Assembly: GCA_035384565.1 (NCBI GenBank)
Contig: DAOOIT010000021.1
Location: 2,560-66,559, forward strand
DNA: 64,000 nucleotides
Source: Planctomycetota bacterium
GTDB taxonomy: Bacteria > Planctomycetota > PUPC01 > DSUN01
Reading direction: 5' to 3'
Of this stretch, positions 19,265 through 32,169 are shown piece after piece. Within the stretch, counting starts at the first letter, position 1, and each line of letters begins with the position of its first letter. The translations under genes were made by a program, and so were the position numbers. A model generated the notes under the pieces. It was not told the DNA's origin, did no database searches, and saw only the letters and a program-made list of their open reading frames with translations.

Positions 19265-19344
19265 GCTCTTCTCCCTTCCGTGCCCGAAGGAGAGGGTCTG
19301 CTTCCACCATACCCCATCTCGGCACACGGCGCAACGATCCGCAC

Positions 19345-19374
19345 TTGACGAACGCGGGCGAATCGGGGATAAAT
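19345..19374 (+). promoter_or_regulatory. Sigma70-like promoter: TTGACG, 17-nt spacer, GATAAAT
   Basis: An AT-rich -10 element stands out in ~70% GC DNA. It sits ~160 nt upstream of the GH38 start, and two heptamer arrays lie between the promoter and the start codon. Confidence 0.45.
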
Positions 19375-19380
19375 TGCTGA

Positions 19381-19408
19381 CCGTGATGCGTGATACGTGA
19401 TGCGTGAG
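19381..19408. promoter_or_regulatory. Heptamer (TCACGYA)n array, reverse orientation, 4 units
   Basis: ccgtgatgcgtgatacgtgatgcgtgag. Forms an inverted pair with the array at 19444-19494. Confidence 0.5.
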
Positions 19409-19443
19409 AAGAGAGAAGCCGACCGGCAGCTTTCCGGGGGTTC

Positions 19444-19494
19444 TCACGTATCACGTATCACGTATCACGCATTACGCATCACGCGCCTGAGCGA
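19444..19494. promoter_or_regulatory. Heptamer (TCACGYA)n array, 6-7 units
   Basis: tcacgta tcacgta tcacgta tcacgca ttacgca tcacgcg, ending 37 nt upstream of the GH38 ATG. Confidence 0.5.
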
Positions 19495-19530
19495 AGGCAC
19501 GGTCCCCAACCGAGAAGGAGCTTGCAGAAC

Positions 19531-22661
<3,131 letters not shown>

Positions 22662-22665
<4 letters not shown>

Positions 22666-22690
22666 AGGCCGAGAACGCCTGTGGTATAAG
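22662..22690 (+). promoter_or_regulatory. Near-consensus sigma70 promoter for vapBC: TTGAAG, 17-nt spacer, TGgTATAAG
   Basis: The -35 overlaps the GH38 stop codon. The extended -10 (TGnTATAAG) is at 22682-22690, ~45 nt upstream of the vapB ATG. Confidence 0.45.
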
Positions 22691-22733
22691 GAGATTGCGG
22701 GGGCAAACGCCCCAGGTCGCCAAGGAGCGAGCC

Positions 22734-22949
22734 ATGACCTATAGGGGACACGTCGAGAACGGGGTCGTGGTGCTCGATGAGCCGGCGCCGCTTGCGGAGG
22801 GGACCAGGGTGCGCGTGGAGCCGGACGAGTCGGGACGCGAACTCACCCTTGCTGAACGCTTGAAGGATGTGATCGGCATCGTGAAGGGGCTGCCGCCTGA
22901 CTTCGCGGCTCAGCACGACCACTACATCCACGGGACACCCAAGCGATGA
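22734..22949 (+). CDS. vapB: VapB-like antitoxin (71 aa)
   Basis: ATG with AAGGAG upstream. Its stop overlaps the vapC start in ATGA (22946-22949). Confidence 0.55.
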   Translation: MTYRGHVENGVVVLDEPAPLAEGTRVRVEPDESGRELTLAERLKDVIGIVKGLPPDFAAQHDHYIHGTPKR

Positions 22950-23347
22950 GGGAGACGTTCGCCGACACGTTCTACTACCTGGCCATGCTGCACGCGGACG
23001 ACGCGGCGCACGAGCGAGCCGTCAAGTTCTCGAGCCAACTGACCGGGCCTACGGTGACGACGGCGTGGGTGCTCACCGAGCTTGCGGACGGCTTGGCGGC
23101 GCCTGCCACACGCGGGAGCTTTGTGCGGCTCCTCGCCTCGCTCCGCGCGGACCACAAATGCATCATCATTCCTGCGTCGCAGGAGCTTTTCGAGTTGGGC
23201 ATGGGACTGTATCAGGAGCGCCCCGACAAAGGGTGGACGCTGACGGACTGCGTCTCCTTTGTCGTCATGAAGGATCGTGGGATCCGCGACGCCCTGACTG
23301 CTGACCACCACTTCGAGCAGGCCGGGTTCACGGCTCTCCTGGGATAG
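22946..23347 (+). CDS. vapC: PIN-domain toxin VapC
   Basis: 133 aa. Acidic PIN residues in the expected spacing (FADTFYY..., LTDCVSFVVM, DHHFEQAGF). A 4-nt start/stop overlap with the antitoxin is typical of type II TA pairs. Confidence 0.7.
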   Translation: MRETFADTFYYLAMLHADDAAHERAVKFSSQLTGPTVTTAWVLTELADGLAAPATRGSFVRLLASLRADHKCIIIPASQELFELGMGLYQERPDKGWTLTDCVSFVVMKDRGIRDALTADHHFEQAGFTALLG

Positions 23348-23414
23348 CCGCCCTCGACCTGCGCCCATTTCGAGATCAAGACCCTCCGCCTCAAGCTCTC
23401 CTGAGCCACTCGCG

Positions 23415-23449
23415 CCCCTCCCGCGGGCCAACGCGGCCCGCGGGAGGCC
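23415..23449. repeat. REP-like GC hairpin, copy 2
   Basis: cccctcccgcgggcc aacg cggcccgcgggaggcc. Confidence 0.5.
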
Positions 23450-23697
23450 GGCGAGCCCTCCTTCCGGCACGCAAGTTGCACTTCCCTCTTCCGGCATTCG
23501 GGGCCGCACCGGAATCCGGAGATGACGCAAGATGCACGGGATTCAGCACTTGCGCAGAACCCACGAGGAGAAGGAGGCGAGGATGAAGCAACTCAGCGTG
23601 AGGGGTTTTGCTCACGTTGTGTCGGGCTTCGCGACACTTGCACAAGCCCAGAGAACCTGAGGCGGGTGGGAGACGCAGCGTCGAAAGGAGGCACAAG

Positions 23698-24075
23698 ATG
23701 AAGAAACTCGCACTGATCGCGGCATTGGTCTGCTTGAGCTTGCCGGCTCTGGCGGGCGACGACGCCAACCCGCCGCCGGCCCCGGGCAAGGGCCTTCGCG
23801 GCGCCGTCCGCGAGAAGGTTCGTGAAAAGGCCCGCGAGAGGGTCCTCGGGAAGTTCGACCAGGACGGCGACGGCAAACTGGAGCCCGAAGAGCGCGCCGC
23901 GGCCCGCGAGGCGCTCGTGAACCGCCTCATGCAGCGCTTCGACAAGGATGGCGATGGCAAGCTCTCGCGCGAGGAGCTCTCCGAGGCCCTCGTCGCCCTC
24001 CGCGGCCGCCTCGAGCAGGCGCGCCAGCACCGCGCCGGCAAGGGCGCCAATGCTCACGCCGGGCCGAAACTGTAG
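23698..24075 (+). CDS. Secreted EF-hand calcium-binding protein (two DxDGDGK loops)
   Basis: ATG with GAAAGGAGG upstream; signal peptide. Two EF-hand loops, DQDGDGKLEPEE and DKDGDGKLSREE. Confidence 0.6.
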   Translation: MKKLALIAALVCLSLPALAGDDANPPPAPGKGLRGAVREKVREKARERVLGKFDQDGDGKLEPEERAAAREALVNRLMQRFDKDGDGKLSREELSEALVALRGRLEQARQHRAGKGANAHAGPKL

Positions 24076-24085
24076 GCCGCCCCTC

Positions 24086-24118
24086 AACCTCCCGCGGGGT
24101 GGCAACCCGCGGGAGGTT
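24086..24118. repeat. REP-like GC hairpin, copy 3, between convergent gene ends
   Basis: aacctcccgcgggg tggc aacccgcgggaggtt followed by tctc. Lies between the EF-hand stop (24075) and the E2 stop (24121). Confidence 0.6.
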
Positions 24119-24120
24119 TC

Positions 24121-25473
24121 TCAGGCCTGGCCCTCGAGCAGCGCGTCGGGGGCCTCGAGCAGGTCCTTGAGGCTCTTGAGGAATCGGGCGGCCATGGCGC
24201 CCTCGATGATGCGGTGGTCGCACGAGAGTGTGAGCCGCATCACGCGGGCGATGCAGATGGCGTCGCCGCGCACTACTGTCGCCGGCAACGCCGATGCCAC
24301 GCCCAGCGTGATGGCCGACGGCGGGTTGATGATCGGCTCGAAGTGCTCGACGTCGAACATCCCCAGGTTGGTGATCGTGAGGGTGGGGTGTCTGCGCTCG
24401 TCGGCCGAGAGTTTGCCTCCGCGCGCCTTCTCGACCAGCGGCTTCGTGCGCTCGACGATCTCCTTGAGTGAGAAAGCCTGCGCGCCGCGCAGCACGGCCA
24501 CGGTGAGGCCCTGATCGGTGTCCACCGCGATGCCCAGGTTGATGTTCTTCCACCGGATGATCTTGCCGCGGTCGTAGCTGCGGTTCACGAGGGGGTTGGC
24601 CTGGACGGCCTTCACGACGGCGAGCATGAGCAGGTGGGTCACGGTGGCCCCGCCGAACTTCTCTTTCAACTCGTCTTTCATCGCTAGCAGCTTCGTCACG
24701 TCGGCCCCGCGGGTCATGTAGAAGTGCGGGATGACGTGCTTGGAGGCCGTGACCGTGCGGGCCTGGGTCTTGAGGCGATAGGGCGCGTCCTCGACATCGG
24801 CCTCCTCGGGCGCCACGACGATGGGGGGCAGTTCCTCGTCGGGCGAGGGGGGGATGACTGGGGTTGGTGGGGCGGCCTTCAGGCCGGAGGGAGACGGGCT
24901 GAAGCCCGCACTACGAACGGCAGCCTCGACGTCGGCCGCCACGATCCGCCCGCCCGGGCCGCTGCCCTTGAGCGTCGCAATGTCCACGCCCTTCTGCTGG
25001 GCGAGCAGGCGGGCGTAGGGAGAGATGGCGATACGGCCGGGCGTGATGCGCGAAGCGCGATGCGTGAGAGGAGGGGAAGCCATTGCGGGGGCCTGCGGCG
25101 CTTCGCGGAGATGGGTTGGGGTTGGTTGCGCGACGCGCGACGCGGGACGCGGGACAGGAGGCGGCGCCTCGGGTTCGGGCGCTTCGGCCGCGGTGGCTTG
25201 TGCCGCTCGCGGCTCGTGGCTCGCGGCGGGGGCCTCGGCCTCGGTGGCGATCAGGGCGATGGCCTCGCCCACGGCCGCCTCCTCGCCCGCCGGCCGCAGA
25301 ATCCTCGACACCGTGCCGCTCGTGAAGCACTCCAGCTCCAGCGTGGCCTTGTCGGATTCCACCTCGGCGAGCACGTCGCCCTCGCTCACGGTGTCGCCTT
25401 CCTTGACCTTCCAGGCGACGACCTGGCCCGAAGTCATGCTGTCAGATAACTTGGGCATGGTGACTTGGTACAT
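24121..25473 (-). CDS. Dihydrolipoamide acyltransferase E2 component of a pyruvate/2-oxoacid dehydrogenase complex
   Basis: ATG at 25473 with GGAGGA upstream. Lipoyl domain (ESDKATLELE), an Ala/Pro-rich linker, a peripheral-subunit-binding domain (ISPYARLLAQQKGVDIATLKGSGPGGRI) and a catalytic domain ending with the DHR motif (LSCDHRIIEGAMAARF). Confidence 0.85.
   Translation of the reverse strand: MYQVTMPKLSDSMTSGQVVAWKVKEGDTVSEGDVLAEVESDKATLELECFTSGTVSRILRPAGEEAAVGEAIALIATEAEAPAASHEPRAAQATAAEAPEPEAPPPVPRPASRVAQPTPTHLREAPQAPAMASPPLTHRASRITPGRIAISPYARLLAQQKGVDIATLKGSGPGGRIVAADVEAAVRSAGFSPSPSGLKAAPPTPVIPPSPDEELPPIVVAPEEADVEDAPYRLKTQARTVTASKHVIPHFYMTRGADVTKLLAMKDELKEKFGGATVTHLLMLAVVKAVQANPLVNRSYDRGKIIRWKNINLGIAVDTDQGLTVAVLRGAQAFSLKEIVERTKPLVEKARGGKLSADERRHPTLTITNLGMFDVEHFEPIINPPSAITLGVASALPATVVRGDAICIARVMRLTLSCDHRIIEGAMAARFLKSLKDLLEAPDALLEGQA
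24873..24916. repeat. Family-3 palindromic element copy embedded in-frame in the E2 interdomain linker
   Basis: ggccttcaggccggagggagacgggctgaagcccgcactac (reverse complement of the 18949-19006 element, inner spacer shortened). Encodes AVRSAGFSPSPSGLKAA in the linker. Confidence 0.5.
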
Positions 25474-25584
25474 GGATGTCCTCCGGGTTGAGAGAGCTTC
25501 GAGCCGCGAGCCACGAGCAGCGAGTTTGGAACGAGGAAGCCCTGAATCCTGGCTCTGAAGCTCGTGGCTCGCCGCTCGCAGCAT

Positions 25585-26562
25585 TCAGCGCCCCAGTGCT
25601 CGGCGCGCCGCCTTCACCACATCCGCCGCGTGCGGAATACAGGCCTGCTCCAGGTTCTTCGCGTAGGGCAACGGCACGTCGGCGCCCGAGACGCGCTCGA
25701 CGGGGGCGTCGAGAGCGTCGAAGGCCAGCTCGTAGATATTCGTCGCCACCTCGGCTGCGATGCCGCAGGCGGGCGGGCACTCCTCGATGACCACGGCGCG
25801 GTGAGTCTTCGAGACGGAGGCGACCACCGCCCCCTTGTCCCACGGCCTCAGGGTGCGGAGGTCAAGCACCTCGGCCTTCAGGCCGTCCTTCGCGAGCGCC
25901 TCGGCGGCCTCGAGGGCCACGTGGGTCATGGCCCCGTAGCCCACCAGCGTGACGTCGCTCCCCTCTCGGAGCACCTTGGCCTCTCCGATGGCGGCCGGCT
26001 CCAGGCCATCGGGCACTTCGCCCTCGAGGTTGTACAGGCCCTCGTGTTCGAGGAAGATCACGGGATTGTCGTCGCGGATGGCCGCTTTGAGCAGGGCCTT
26101 CGCATCGGCCGGCGTAGCGGGGTAGACGACGAGGAGGCCGGGGGTGTGGACGAAGAAGGGCTCCAGGCTGTGGGAATGCTGGCTGCCGAGCTGATGCCCT
26201 CCCCCGCCCGGCATGCGGAGGGTGACGGGCAGAGTCACTTGCCCGCCGAACATGTAGCGCATCAGGGCCAGGTGGTTGAGGATCTGGTCCATGGCGACGA
26301 ATGCGAAGTTGACGGTCATCAGTTCGGGCACGGGTCGGAGCTGGCCCATCGCGGCGCCGATGGCCATGCCCACGATGCCCGCCTCAGAGATGGGCGTGTC
26401 GAAGACCCGCTTGGGGCCGAACTCCTTCAGCAGCCCGCGCGTGACCTTGAACGAGCCTTCGTATTCGGCCACGTCCTCGCCGAAGAGCACCACAGTCTCA
26501 TCGCGCTGCATCTCCTCGCGGAGGGCCTGGTTCAGGGCATCTCGGTAGCTGAGCTTGGGCAT
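25585..26562 (-). CDS. pdhB: Pyruvate dehydrogenase E1 component beta subunit
   Basis: ATG at 26562 with GAGGAG upstream. Transketolase-like pyrimidine-binding domain; high similarity to E1beta throughout (VFDTPISEAGIVGMAIGAAMGQLRPV). Confidence 0.9.
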   Translation of the reverse strand: MPKLSYRDALNQALREEMQRDETVVLFGEDVAEYEGSFKVTRGLLKEFGPKRVFDTPISEAGIVGMAIGAAMGQLRPVPELMTVNFAFVAMDQILNHLALMRYMFGGQVTLPVTLRMPGGGGHQLGSQHSHSLEPFFVHTPGLLVVYPATPADAKALLKAAIRDDNPVIFLEHEGLYNLEGEVPDGLEPAAIGEAKVLREGSDVTLVGYGAMTHVALEAAEALAKDGLKAEVLDLRTLRPWDKGAVVASVSKTHRAVVIEECPPACGIAAEVATNIYELAFDALDAPVERVSGADVPLPYAKNLEQACIPHAADVVKAARRALGR

Positions 26563-26583
26563 ACAGGGCACTCCTCGTCAGAC

Positions 26584-26628
26584 CTGTCGGACACGTCGGA
26601 CGGGTCGGATCGCTCGGACGGGTCAGTC
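26584..26628. repeat. Five tandem 9-bp repeats (NNGTCGGAC) in the pdhA-pdhB spacer
   Basis: ctgtcggac acgtcggac gggtcggat cgctcggac gggtcagtc. Overlaps the last codons and stop of E1alpha. Confidence 0.5.
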
Positions 26629-27564
26629 CACATAGAGGTCCTCGTAGAGCCGCTCGGGCGGCAGCTCCTGCCCCGCCTCGGCGAACTTCACGGCCTCGTC
26701 TAGCACCTGGCGGACCTTGGCATCCAGGGCCTTGAACTCCTCGTCGGGCACGTCGAAGTCGTGCTGGATGACGGCCTTGATGCGGGGAATGGGGTCGCGC
26801 TGCTTCCAGAACTCGACCTCCTTCTTGTCGCGGTAGGTGGCGGGGTCGCTCATCGAGTGGCCGCGGTAGCGGTAGCACTTGGCCTCGATAAACGACGGCC
26901 CCTTGCCCGTCCGTGCCCGTTTGATCGCCCGCTCCATCACGCTCTGCATCTTGAAGAAGTCCATGCCGTCCACCACGCTCGTCGGCAGATCGTAGGCGTA
27001 TCTCGCCTTGCGGGCCATGGATTCCTGGGCGCTGGAGCGCTGGACGGAGGTGCCGATGGCATAGCGGTTGTTCTCGCAGACCCAGATGACGGGGAGCTGG
27101 TAGAGGGAGGCCATGTTGAGGGCCTCGTGATAGGCGCCCTGGTTGGTCGCGCCGTCGCCGAAGAAGCACAGCACCACGCGGTCCTCGCCGCGGTACTGGA
27201 TGGCGAGGCCCAGGCCCACGGCGATGGGGCACATGCCGCCCACGATGGCGTAGCCGCCGAGGAAACTGATGTCGGGGTCGTACAGGTGCATCGAGCCGCC
27301 CTTGCCCTTGCAGCAGCCGTTGGCGTGGCCGAAGAGCTCGGCCATGGCCTTGCCCGGGTCGCCGCCGCGCAGGATGTAGTAGCCGTGGTCGCGGTACGAG
27401 CCGACCACGTAGTCGTCGGGACGCAGCGACCACAGGGCCCCGAGGGCCACGGCCTCCTCGCCGCTGTAGAGGTGGCAGAAGCCGCCGATGCGGCCCTTCA
27501 TGTACTGTTCGGCCACGCGCGTCTCGAACAGGCGCGCGAGCTGCATGCGGTAGTAGACCTGCAT
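26623..27564 (-). CDS. pdhA: Pyruvate dehydrogenase E1 component alpha subunit (TPP-binding)
   Basis: TPP motif GDGATNQGAYHEALNMASLYQLPVIWVCENN. The start is either ATG at 27564 (overlapping the rubredoxin TGA as TGATG) or ATG at 27582. Confidence 0.85.
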   Translation of the reverse strand: MQVYYRMQLARLFETRVAEQYMKGRIGGFCHLYSGEEAVALGALWSLRPDDYVVGSYRDHGYYILRGGDPGKAMAELFGHANGCCKGKGGSMHLYDPDISFLGGYAIVGGMCPIAVGLGLAIQYRGEDRVVLCFFGDGATNQGAYHEALNMASLYQLPVIWVCENNRYAIGTSVQRSSAQESMARKARYAYDLPTSVVDGMDFFKMQSVMERAIKRARTGKGPSFIEAKCYRYRGHSMSDPATYRDKKEVEFWKQRDPIPRIKAVIQHDFDVPDEEFKALDAKVRQVLDEAVKFAEAGQELPPERLYEDLYVD

Positions 27565-27749
27565 CAAGTCGTCTTTGCGCATTCGTCGGGCTCCATCGGA
27601 GAGAAGTACCGCTTCCCTGCCCCGCAGGTGGGGCAGGTCCAATCCTCGGGCAGCTCCTCGAACGGCGTACGCGGCGGCACGCCGTTTCCGGGGTCGCCCT
27701 CGTCGGGATCGTACACGTAGCCGCAGATGCGGCACCAGTGCTTTCTCAT
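27564..27749 (-). CDS. rub: Rubredoxin
   Basis: [16 protein letters not shown]...[13 protein letters not shown]: two CxxCG knuckles, 61 aa. Its stop overlaps the pdhA start. Confidence 0.8.
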   Translation of the reverse strand: MRKHWCRICGYVYDPDEGDPGNGVPPRTPFEELPEDWTCPTCGAGKRYFSPMEPDECAKTT

Positions 27750-27786
27750 CACGTCCTCGCGCCGGCCTCCCATTCGCCTCCCGCTC

Positions 27787-27818
27787 AACCTCCCGCAGGT
27801 TTGGAACCCGCGGGAGGT
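27787..27818. repeat. REP-like GC hairpin, copy 4
   Basis: aacctcccgcagg tttgg aacccgcgggaggt, 5 nt downstream of the DsbD stop. Confidence 0.6.
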
Positions 27819-27822
27819 CGGG

Positions 27823-29559
27823 TCAGTTCACCCGCCTGAGAACCTCGGCGAACTTCTCCGGGTCCTTGGCCTCATCGTAGCCCAGCTTCTTCACCAGCCT
27901 GCCGCCGGAGTCGAGCACCACCACGAGGGGCGGCCCGGGCACGTCGAAGCGCTTCACCAGCTCTGCATTGCGGCTGGTCTCCACGTCAATCTTCAGCGCG
28001 CGGAAGCGCTGGAGCTCGGCTCGCACCACGGGGTCGGCAAACGTCGTGCGATCGAGCACCTTGCAGTAGCCGCACCATTCGGCCGTGAAGTCGAGCACGA
28101 TGGGCTTGCCCGCGGCCAGCGCCTCTTTGAACAAGCCTGGGTCGCCGTGCACGAACGCATCGGGCTGCGTCGCGCCGGGGACGGTGCCCCCGCTGGGCCG
28201 CGGCTCCACGTCGAGCCCGACGAGCACACACCAGCCGGCCGTCGCCAGCGCGGCGATGCCCAGCAGCCGCTTCACCCGAGCGCCCGCGCCGCTCTCGGGC
28301 GTCAGGGAGTCCAGCCCGCCCAGGAATACCGTGCCCGCGACGAGCGCGGCCGCGCTGCCGAGCCAGAAGGCCGTCTCGCCCACCACGGGCCGCAGGAAGT
28401 ACACGGCCGCCCACAGCAGCACGAAGCCGATCAGGTGCTTCACCCACTCCGTCCACGCGCCGGCCTTCGGCAGAAGGCCCGAGGACACTCCCGCCACGAT
28501 GAGCAGCACGCCCATGCCCCAGGCGAGCGCGAACATCATGGCCGCCCCGAGCAGGCGATGGCCCGTCGTGGCGATCTCGGTGAGCACGGCCAGCAGCGGC
28601 CCCGCCACGCACGGCCCCGCGGCCACGCCGGTCACCAGCCCGAGCAGCAGCACGCCGAGGAGCCCCTTCTTGCGCCCCGCCACCTTGTCGCCCAGGCCGC
28701 CCAGGAACGCCGGGGCCTGGATGGTCACCACGTCGAACATCCCGAGGGCGAACAGCACGAACACCGCGGCAATGCCGACCAGCACGTAGGGCGACTGAAG
28801 CGCCAGCCGCACCGAAGCGCCCAGCGCCGCCACCAGCGCGCCCAGCACGGCGTACGTGAGTGCGATGCCCAGCACGTAGACCGAGGAGAGCAGGACGGCT
28901 TTGAGGCGCGACGCCTGCTTCTGCGCGCCAATCACCGCCACGGTGATCGGGATCATCGGGTAGACGCACGGCGTGAGGCCCAGGGCCAGGCCATAGACGA
29001 ACGCCTTGGCGATCTGCCGGAGGACGAACAGCCAGCCTGCCTCCGGCACGTCCTCGACCATCGGGGCGGCCGCCGCGGCACCCGTCGCCGCGCTCGCCCC
29101 GATGGCAACCTCGTGCACCAGCGGATGCTTCGCCGGGCGGAAGCACACCGTATCGGTGCAGCCCTGGTAGCTCACGGTGCCCCTGAGGAGCGCGGTTTCC
29201 CCTGCGGCGCCCGTCACCTGGAACTTCACCACAATGGCCACCGTGCCCTCGTAGGCCTCCAGCGTGGCGCCGGGCTCGCCCGAGATCAGGTCGGGAATGA
29301 GCTTGCCCTTCGGCCTCATGACCTCTCTTTCGGCGGCCCCCTTCAGCTCGTCCCACTGGAACTTGATGGAGTCCCTGTAGAGATGCACGTCGCCGCGGAG
29401 CTTGAACGTTACCGTCAGGGCCAACTCGCCGCCGGCAGACGCCTCGGCGGGCGCGAGGGCGCTGCTCACCTGGAACGGCTGTTCCTCGAAGTCCTCGGCA
29501 CCCAGGGCGACCAGGGCCAGCGCAAGCATCCAGGCGCCGGACGTCAATCTAGCGGTCAT
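27823..29559 (-). CDS. dsbD: Thiol:disulfide interchange protein DsbD (secreted N-terminal domain, CcdA-like membrane core, C-terminal thioredoxin)
   Basis: ATG at 29559 with GGAGG upstream. N-terminal secreted domain after the signal peptide, membrane core with the CVYPMIP and GPCVAGP motifs, and a C-terminal WCGYC thioredoxin domain. Confidence 0.8.
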   Translation of the reverse strand: MTARLTSGAWMLALALVALGAEDFEEQPFQVSSALAPAEASAGGELALTVTFKLRGDVHLYRDSIKFQWDELKGAAEREVMRPKGKLIPDLISGEPGATLEAYEGTVAIVVKFQVTGAAGETALLRGTVSYQGCTDTVCFRPAKHPLVHEVAIGASAATGAAAAAPMVEDVPEAGWLFVLRQIAKAFVYGLALGLTPCVYPMIPITVAVIGAQKQASRLKAVLLSSVYVLGIALTYAVLGALVAALGASVRLALQSPYVLVGIAAVFVLFALGMFDVVTIQAPAFLGGLGDKVAGRKKGLLGVLLLGLVTGVAAGPCVAGPLLAVLTEIATTGHRLLGAAMMFALAWGMGVLLIVAGVSSGLLPKAGAWTEWVKHLIGFVLLWAAVYFLRPVVGETAFWLGSAAALVAGTVFLGGLDSLTPESGAGARVKRLLGIAALATAGWCVLVGLDVEPRPSGGTVPGATQPDAFVHGDPGLFKEALAAGKPIVLDFTAEWCGYCKVLDRTTFADPVVRAELQRFRALKIDVETSRNAELVKRFDVPGPPLVVVLDSGGRLVKKLGYDEAKDPEKFAEVLRRVN

Positions 29560-29642
29560 CGGTGGCCTCCAGATGGGACGGATAGGACAGATGGGATCCG
29601 TTCCCTGGACACGTTCTATGGGTCCTCCCGGTCCTATCCGTC

Positions 29643-31208
29643 CTATCCCTCTCTTGCTCTCCTTGCTGCGGGGCGCCGGAGGACGGTCCACCGCCGCCCA
29701 TCGGCCGCGATCATGGCATCGGCCTCTCTCGGGCCCCAGGTGCCTGCGGGGTACCGGGGCAGCGCGGTGAGCGGGTCCTCCGCACAGGTGTAGAGAATGG
29801 GCGTGAGGAAGGCCCACGCCGCCTCGACCTCGTCGCTGCGCGTGAAGAGCGTGGAGTCGCCCAGGGCCGCATCGAGCAGCAGCCGCTCATAGGCGTCGGG
29901 CGGCTCGCCGCCGAAGGCCGCGGCGTAGCCGAAATCCATCCGGAACGGCTCGATGCGCACGCCGGCCCCCGGGCGCTTGACCTGGAACTGAAGCGAGATG
30001 CCCTCGTTGGGCTGGATGCGCAGCGCGAGCACGTTCGGAGCCATCGGGCCGAACGGCGGGGCATTGAAGAGCACCTGCGGCACGGGCTTGAAGTGGACGC
30101 CGATCTCGGTGACCCGCTCCGCCAGCCGCTTGCCGGTCCGCAGGTAGAACGGCACGCCGGCCCAACGCCAGCTTTCGATGAAGGTCTTGAACGCCACATA
30201 CGTTTCGGTGATCGAGTCGGGCGCCACGCCCGGCTCCTCGTGGTAGCCGGGCACGGGCCGGCCGGCCACTTCGCCCGCCTCGTACTGCGCGCGCACGAGT
30301 TCGCTCGTCACGCAGGCCCGCGGCATGGGGCGCAGGCACTTGAGCACCTTGACCTTCTCGTCGCGCACCGTGTCGGGGTCGAGCGAGTTGGGCGCCTCCA
30401 TGCCCACGAACGCGAGGAGGTGCATCAGGTGGTTCTGGACCATGTCGCGCAGCGCACCCGCCTGGTCGTAGTACGGCCCCCGCTGCTCCACGCCCACGGT
30501 CTCGGCGACGGTGATCTGCACGTGGTCCACGTACTTGTGGTTCCACAGCGGCTCGAAGAGGGCGTTGGCGAAACGCAGCACGAGGATGTTCTGGACCGTT
30601 TCCTTGCCGAGGTAGTGGTCAATGCGGAAGATGCGGTCCTCGGCGAAGGCGCTGCGGATGTGTGCGTTGAGGGCGCGGGCGCTGGCCAGGTCGCGGCCGA
30701 AGGGCTTCTCGATGACCAGGCGCGCCCAGCCACGGCACGGCTCGCCCGGCACGCTGAGGCCCGCGGCGCGGATCTGCTCGGCGATGGGCGCGAACATCGC
30801 CGGCGGCGTCGCGAGGTAGAACAGCGTGTTGCAGGGAGCGTTCCGCGATGCGGCCAGGGCCTCGAGCCGCGCCCGCAGCGCGGCGAAGCTCGCGGCATCC
30901 GAGTAGTCGCCGCGGTGATAAAAGAGCCTGGACGCGAACTGCGGCCAATCAGCCGTGGCTGGCTTGTCGGGGGCGAACTGGTCGAGGGCCTGTCGGACCT
31001 CCTCGCGGAACGTCTCGTCGGCCATCGGGGTGCGGGCGAAGCCCACCACGGCGAACTGCTCGGGCAGAAGCCGCTGCTGGAAGAGGCGGTAGACCGCGGG
31101 CAGGAGCTTCCGGGCCGCCAGATCGCCCGAGGCGCCGAAGATCACCAGCGTGAACGGCTCAGGCGAGTCCCGGCGGCGGCTGGGGCCCTGTGCGTTCCCT
31201 GGGGCCAT
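29643..31208 (-). CDS. zwf: Glucose-6-phosphate 1-dehydrogenase
   Basis: ATG at 31208 with GGAGG upstream. NADP-binding [13 protein letters not shown] and the active-site motif RIDHYLGKE. Confidence 0.9.
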   Translation of the reverse strand: MAPGNAQGPSRRRDSPEPFTLVIFGASGDLAARKLLPAVYRLFQQRLLPEQFAVVGFARTPMADETFREEVRQALDQFAPDKPATADWPQFASRLFYHRGDYSDAASFAALRARLEALAASRNAPCNTLFYLATPPAMFAPIAEQIRAAGLSVPGEPCRGWARLVIEKPFGRDLASARALNAHIRSAFAEDRIFRIDHYLGKETVQNILVLRFANALFEPLWNHKYVDHVQITVAETVGVEQRGPYYDQAGALRDMVQNHLMHLLAFVGMEAPNSLDPDTVRDEKVKVLKCLRPMPRACVTSELVRAQYEAGEVAGRPVPGYHEEPGVAPDSITETYVAFKTFIESWRWAGVPFYLRTGKRLAERVTEIGVHFKPVPQVLFNAPPFGPMAPNVLALRIQPNEGISLQFQVKRPGAGVRIEPFRMDFGYAAAFGGEPPDAYERLLLDAALGDSTLFTRSDEVEAAWAFLTPILYTCAEDPLTALPRYPAGTWGPREADAMIAADGRRWTVLRRPAARRAREG

Positions 31209-31300
31209 CCTTCGCACCTCCTGGCGGGCGGTCGCGGCCTTTGCCCCGCCCGCCATGTTACGCGGGATGCGGTCCGGGGTCAAGGGCAGGCGGCCACGGC

Positions 31301-31963
31301 TCAGGCCGTGAGGACGGCGGCCTTGAGGGCATCGAGCCCCAGGCGGTCGAGCACGCGCCCGAGTCGCTCGTGGGGCTTGGCGTGGTCGCGGTAGAAGGCC
31401 ACCACGCGGTCCACGAGGGCCAGGGCCTCTGCGGTGCCGAGGTTCTCGGCCAGGGTGTCGGCCAGGCGCGGCCGCGCGCCGCCGCTGCCGCCGACCAGCA
31501 CCATCCAGCCCTTGGACTTGCCGACGAGGGCGACGTCCTTGATGCACGTCTCGGCGCACTGGTTCATGCAGCCGGCCACGCCGATCTTGAGCTTGCCGGG
31601 CAGGTTCATGCCGTGGTACTGGGCGTCGAGCTGCATGCCCACGGCCAGGCTGTCCTGGGTGCCGCGCTTGCAGAAGGTGGTGCCCGGGCAGACCTTCACG
31701 CTGCGCACGCACAGGCCCACGGCCGCGCCCGGCGACATGCCGAGGTCCTGCCACACGGCGTCCACGTCGCTCTCCTTCAGCCCCACGATGGCGATGCGCG
31801 CGGCGCTGGTGACCTTGAGGGCCGCGGCGCCGTACTTCTCGGCCACGTCGGCCAGCTTGCGCAACTGCCCGGGCGTCACCACGCCGCAGGGCAGATGGGG
31901 GGCCACGGCATAGGTCTGCTTGTCGCGCTGGAGGATCGCTCCCTTGTCACCGTCCTGGATCAT
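31301..31963 (-). CDS. Small nitrite/sulfite-reductase-like haemoprotein (siroheme-[4Fe-4S] Cys motif), about 220 aa
   Basis: ATG at 31963 with GAAGGAG upstream. C-x5-C (VCPGTTFC) and C-x3-C (GCMNQC) spacing typical of the NIR/SIR cluster-binding region. Resembles low-molecular-weight assimilatory-type sulfite reductases. Confidence 0.5.
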   Translation of the reverse strand: MIQDGDKGAILQRDKQTYAVAPHLPCGVVTPGQLRKLADVAEKYGAAALKVTSAARIAIVGLKESDVDAVWQDLGMSPGAAVGLCVRSVKVCPGTTFCKRGTQDSLAVGMQLDAQYHGMNLPGKLKIGVAGCMNQCAETCIKDVALVGKSKGWMVLVGGSGGARPRLADTLAENLGTAEALALVDRVVAFYRDHAKPHERLGRVLDRLGLDALKAAVLTA

Positions 31964-32169
31964 TCCCGGCTCCTTCTCGGCCCACGCTGAGCGTTCCACA
32001 TGGGCGCACGGTCCATTGGTTGCCGACACAAACACGGCGTCGAGTCTGGGATTGGGCGCTGCCCGACGGCTCGTCGGGCGGCGCCCAGAGAAGTCCCCTC
32101 AACCTGTTCCTCGCGGGACGGCGGGGTCCCGCGCCCGATGCCCCGGAGACCCCGGGGCGCTCACGGGCA

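Noticed and set aside
19381-19494. CRISPR array
   Set aside because: Units are 7 bp with no unique spacers. They are simple heptad tandem repeats, not 25-40-bp repeats separated by spacers, and no cas genes are present.
24086-24118. Interpreting the REP-like hairpins purely as intrinsic terminators
   Set aside because: Only the 24086 copy is followed by a short T-run (ggaggtttctc), not a real U-tract, and the other copies have none. Two copies sit inside the P4 ORF, so a mobile REP-like element with a possible secondary terminator or stability role fits better.
27564-27582. Choice of pdhA start (27582 versus 27564)
   Set aside because: Both ATGs are in frame. 27564 gives the TGATG overlap with the rubredoxin stop, while 27582 lies inside the rubredoxin codons. 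This cannot be resolved without N-terminal data, so the shorter coupled start was listed.
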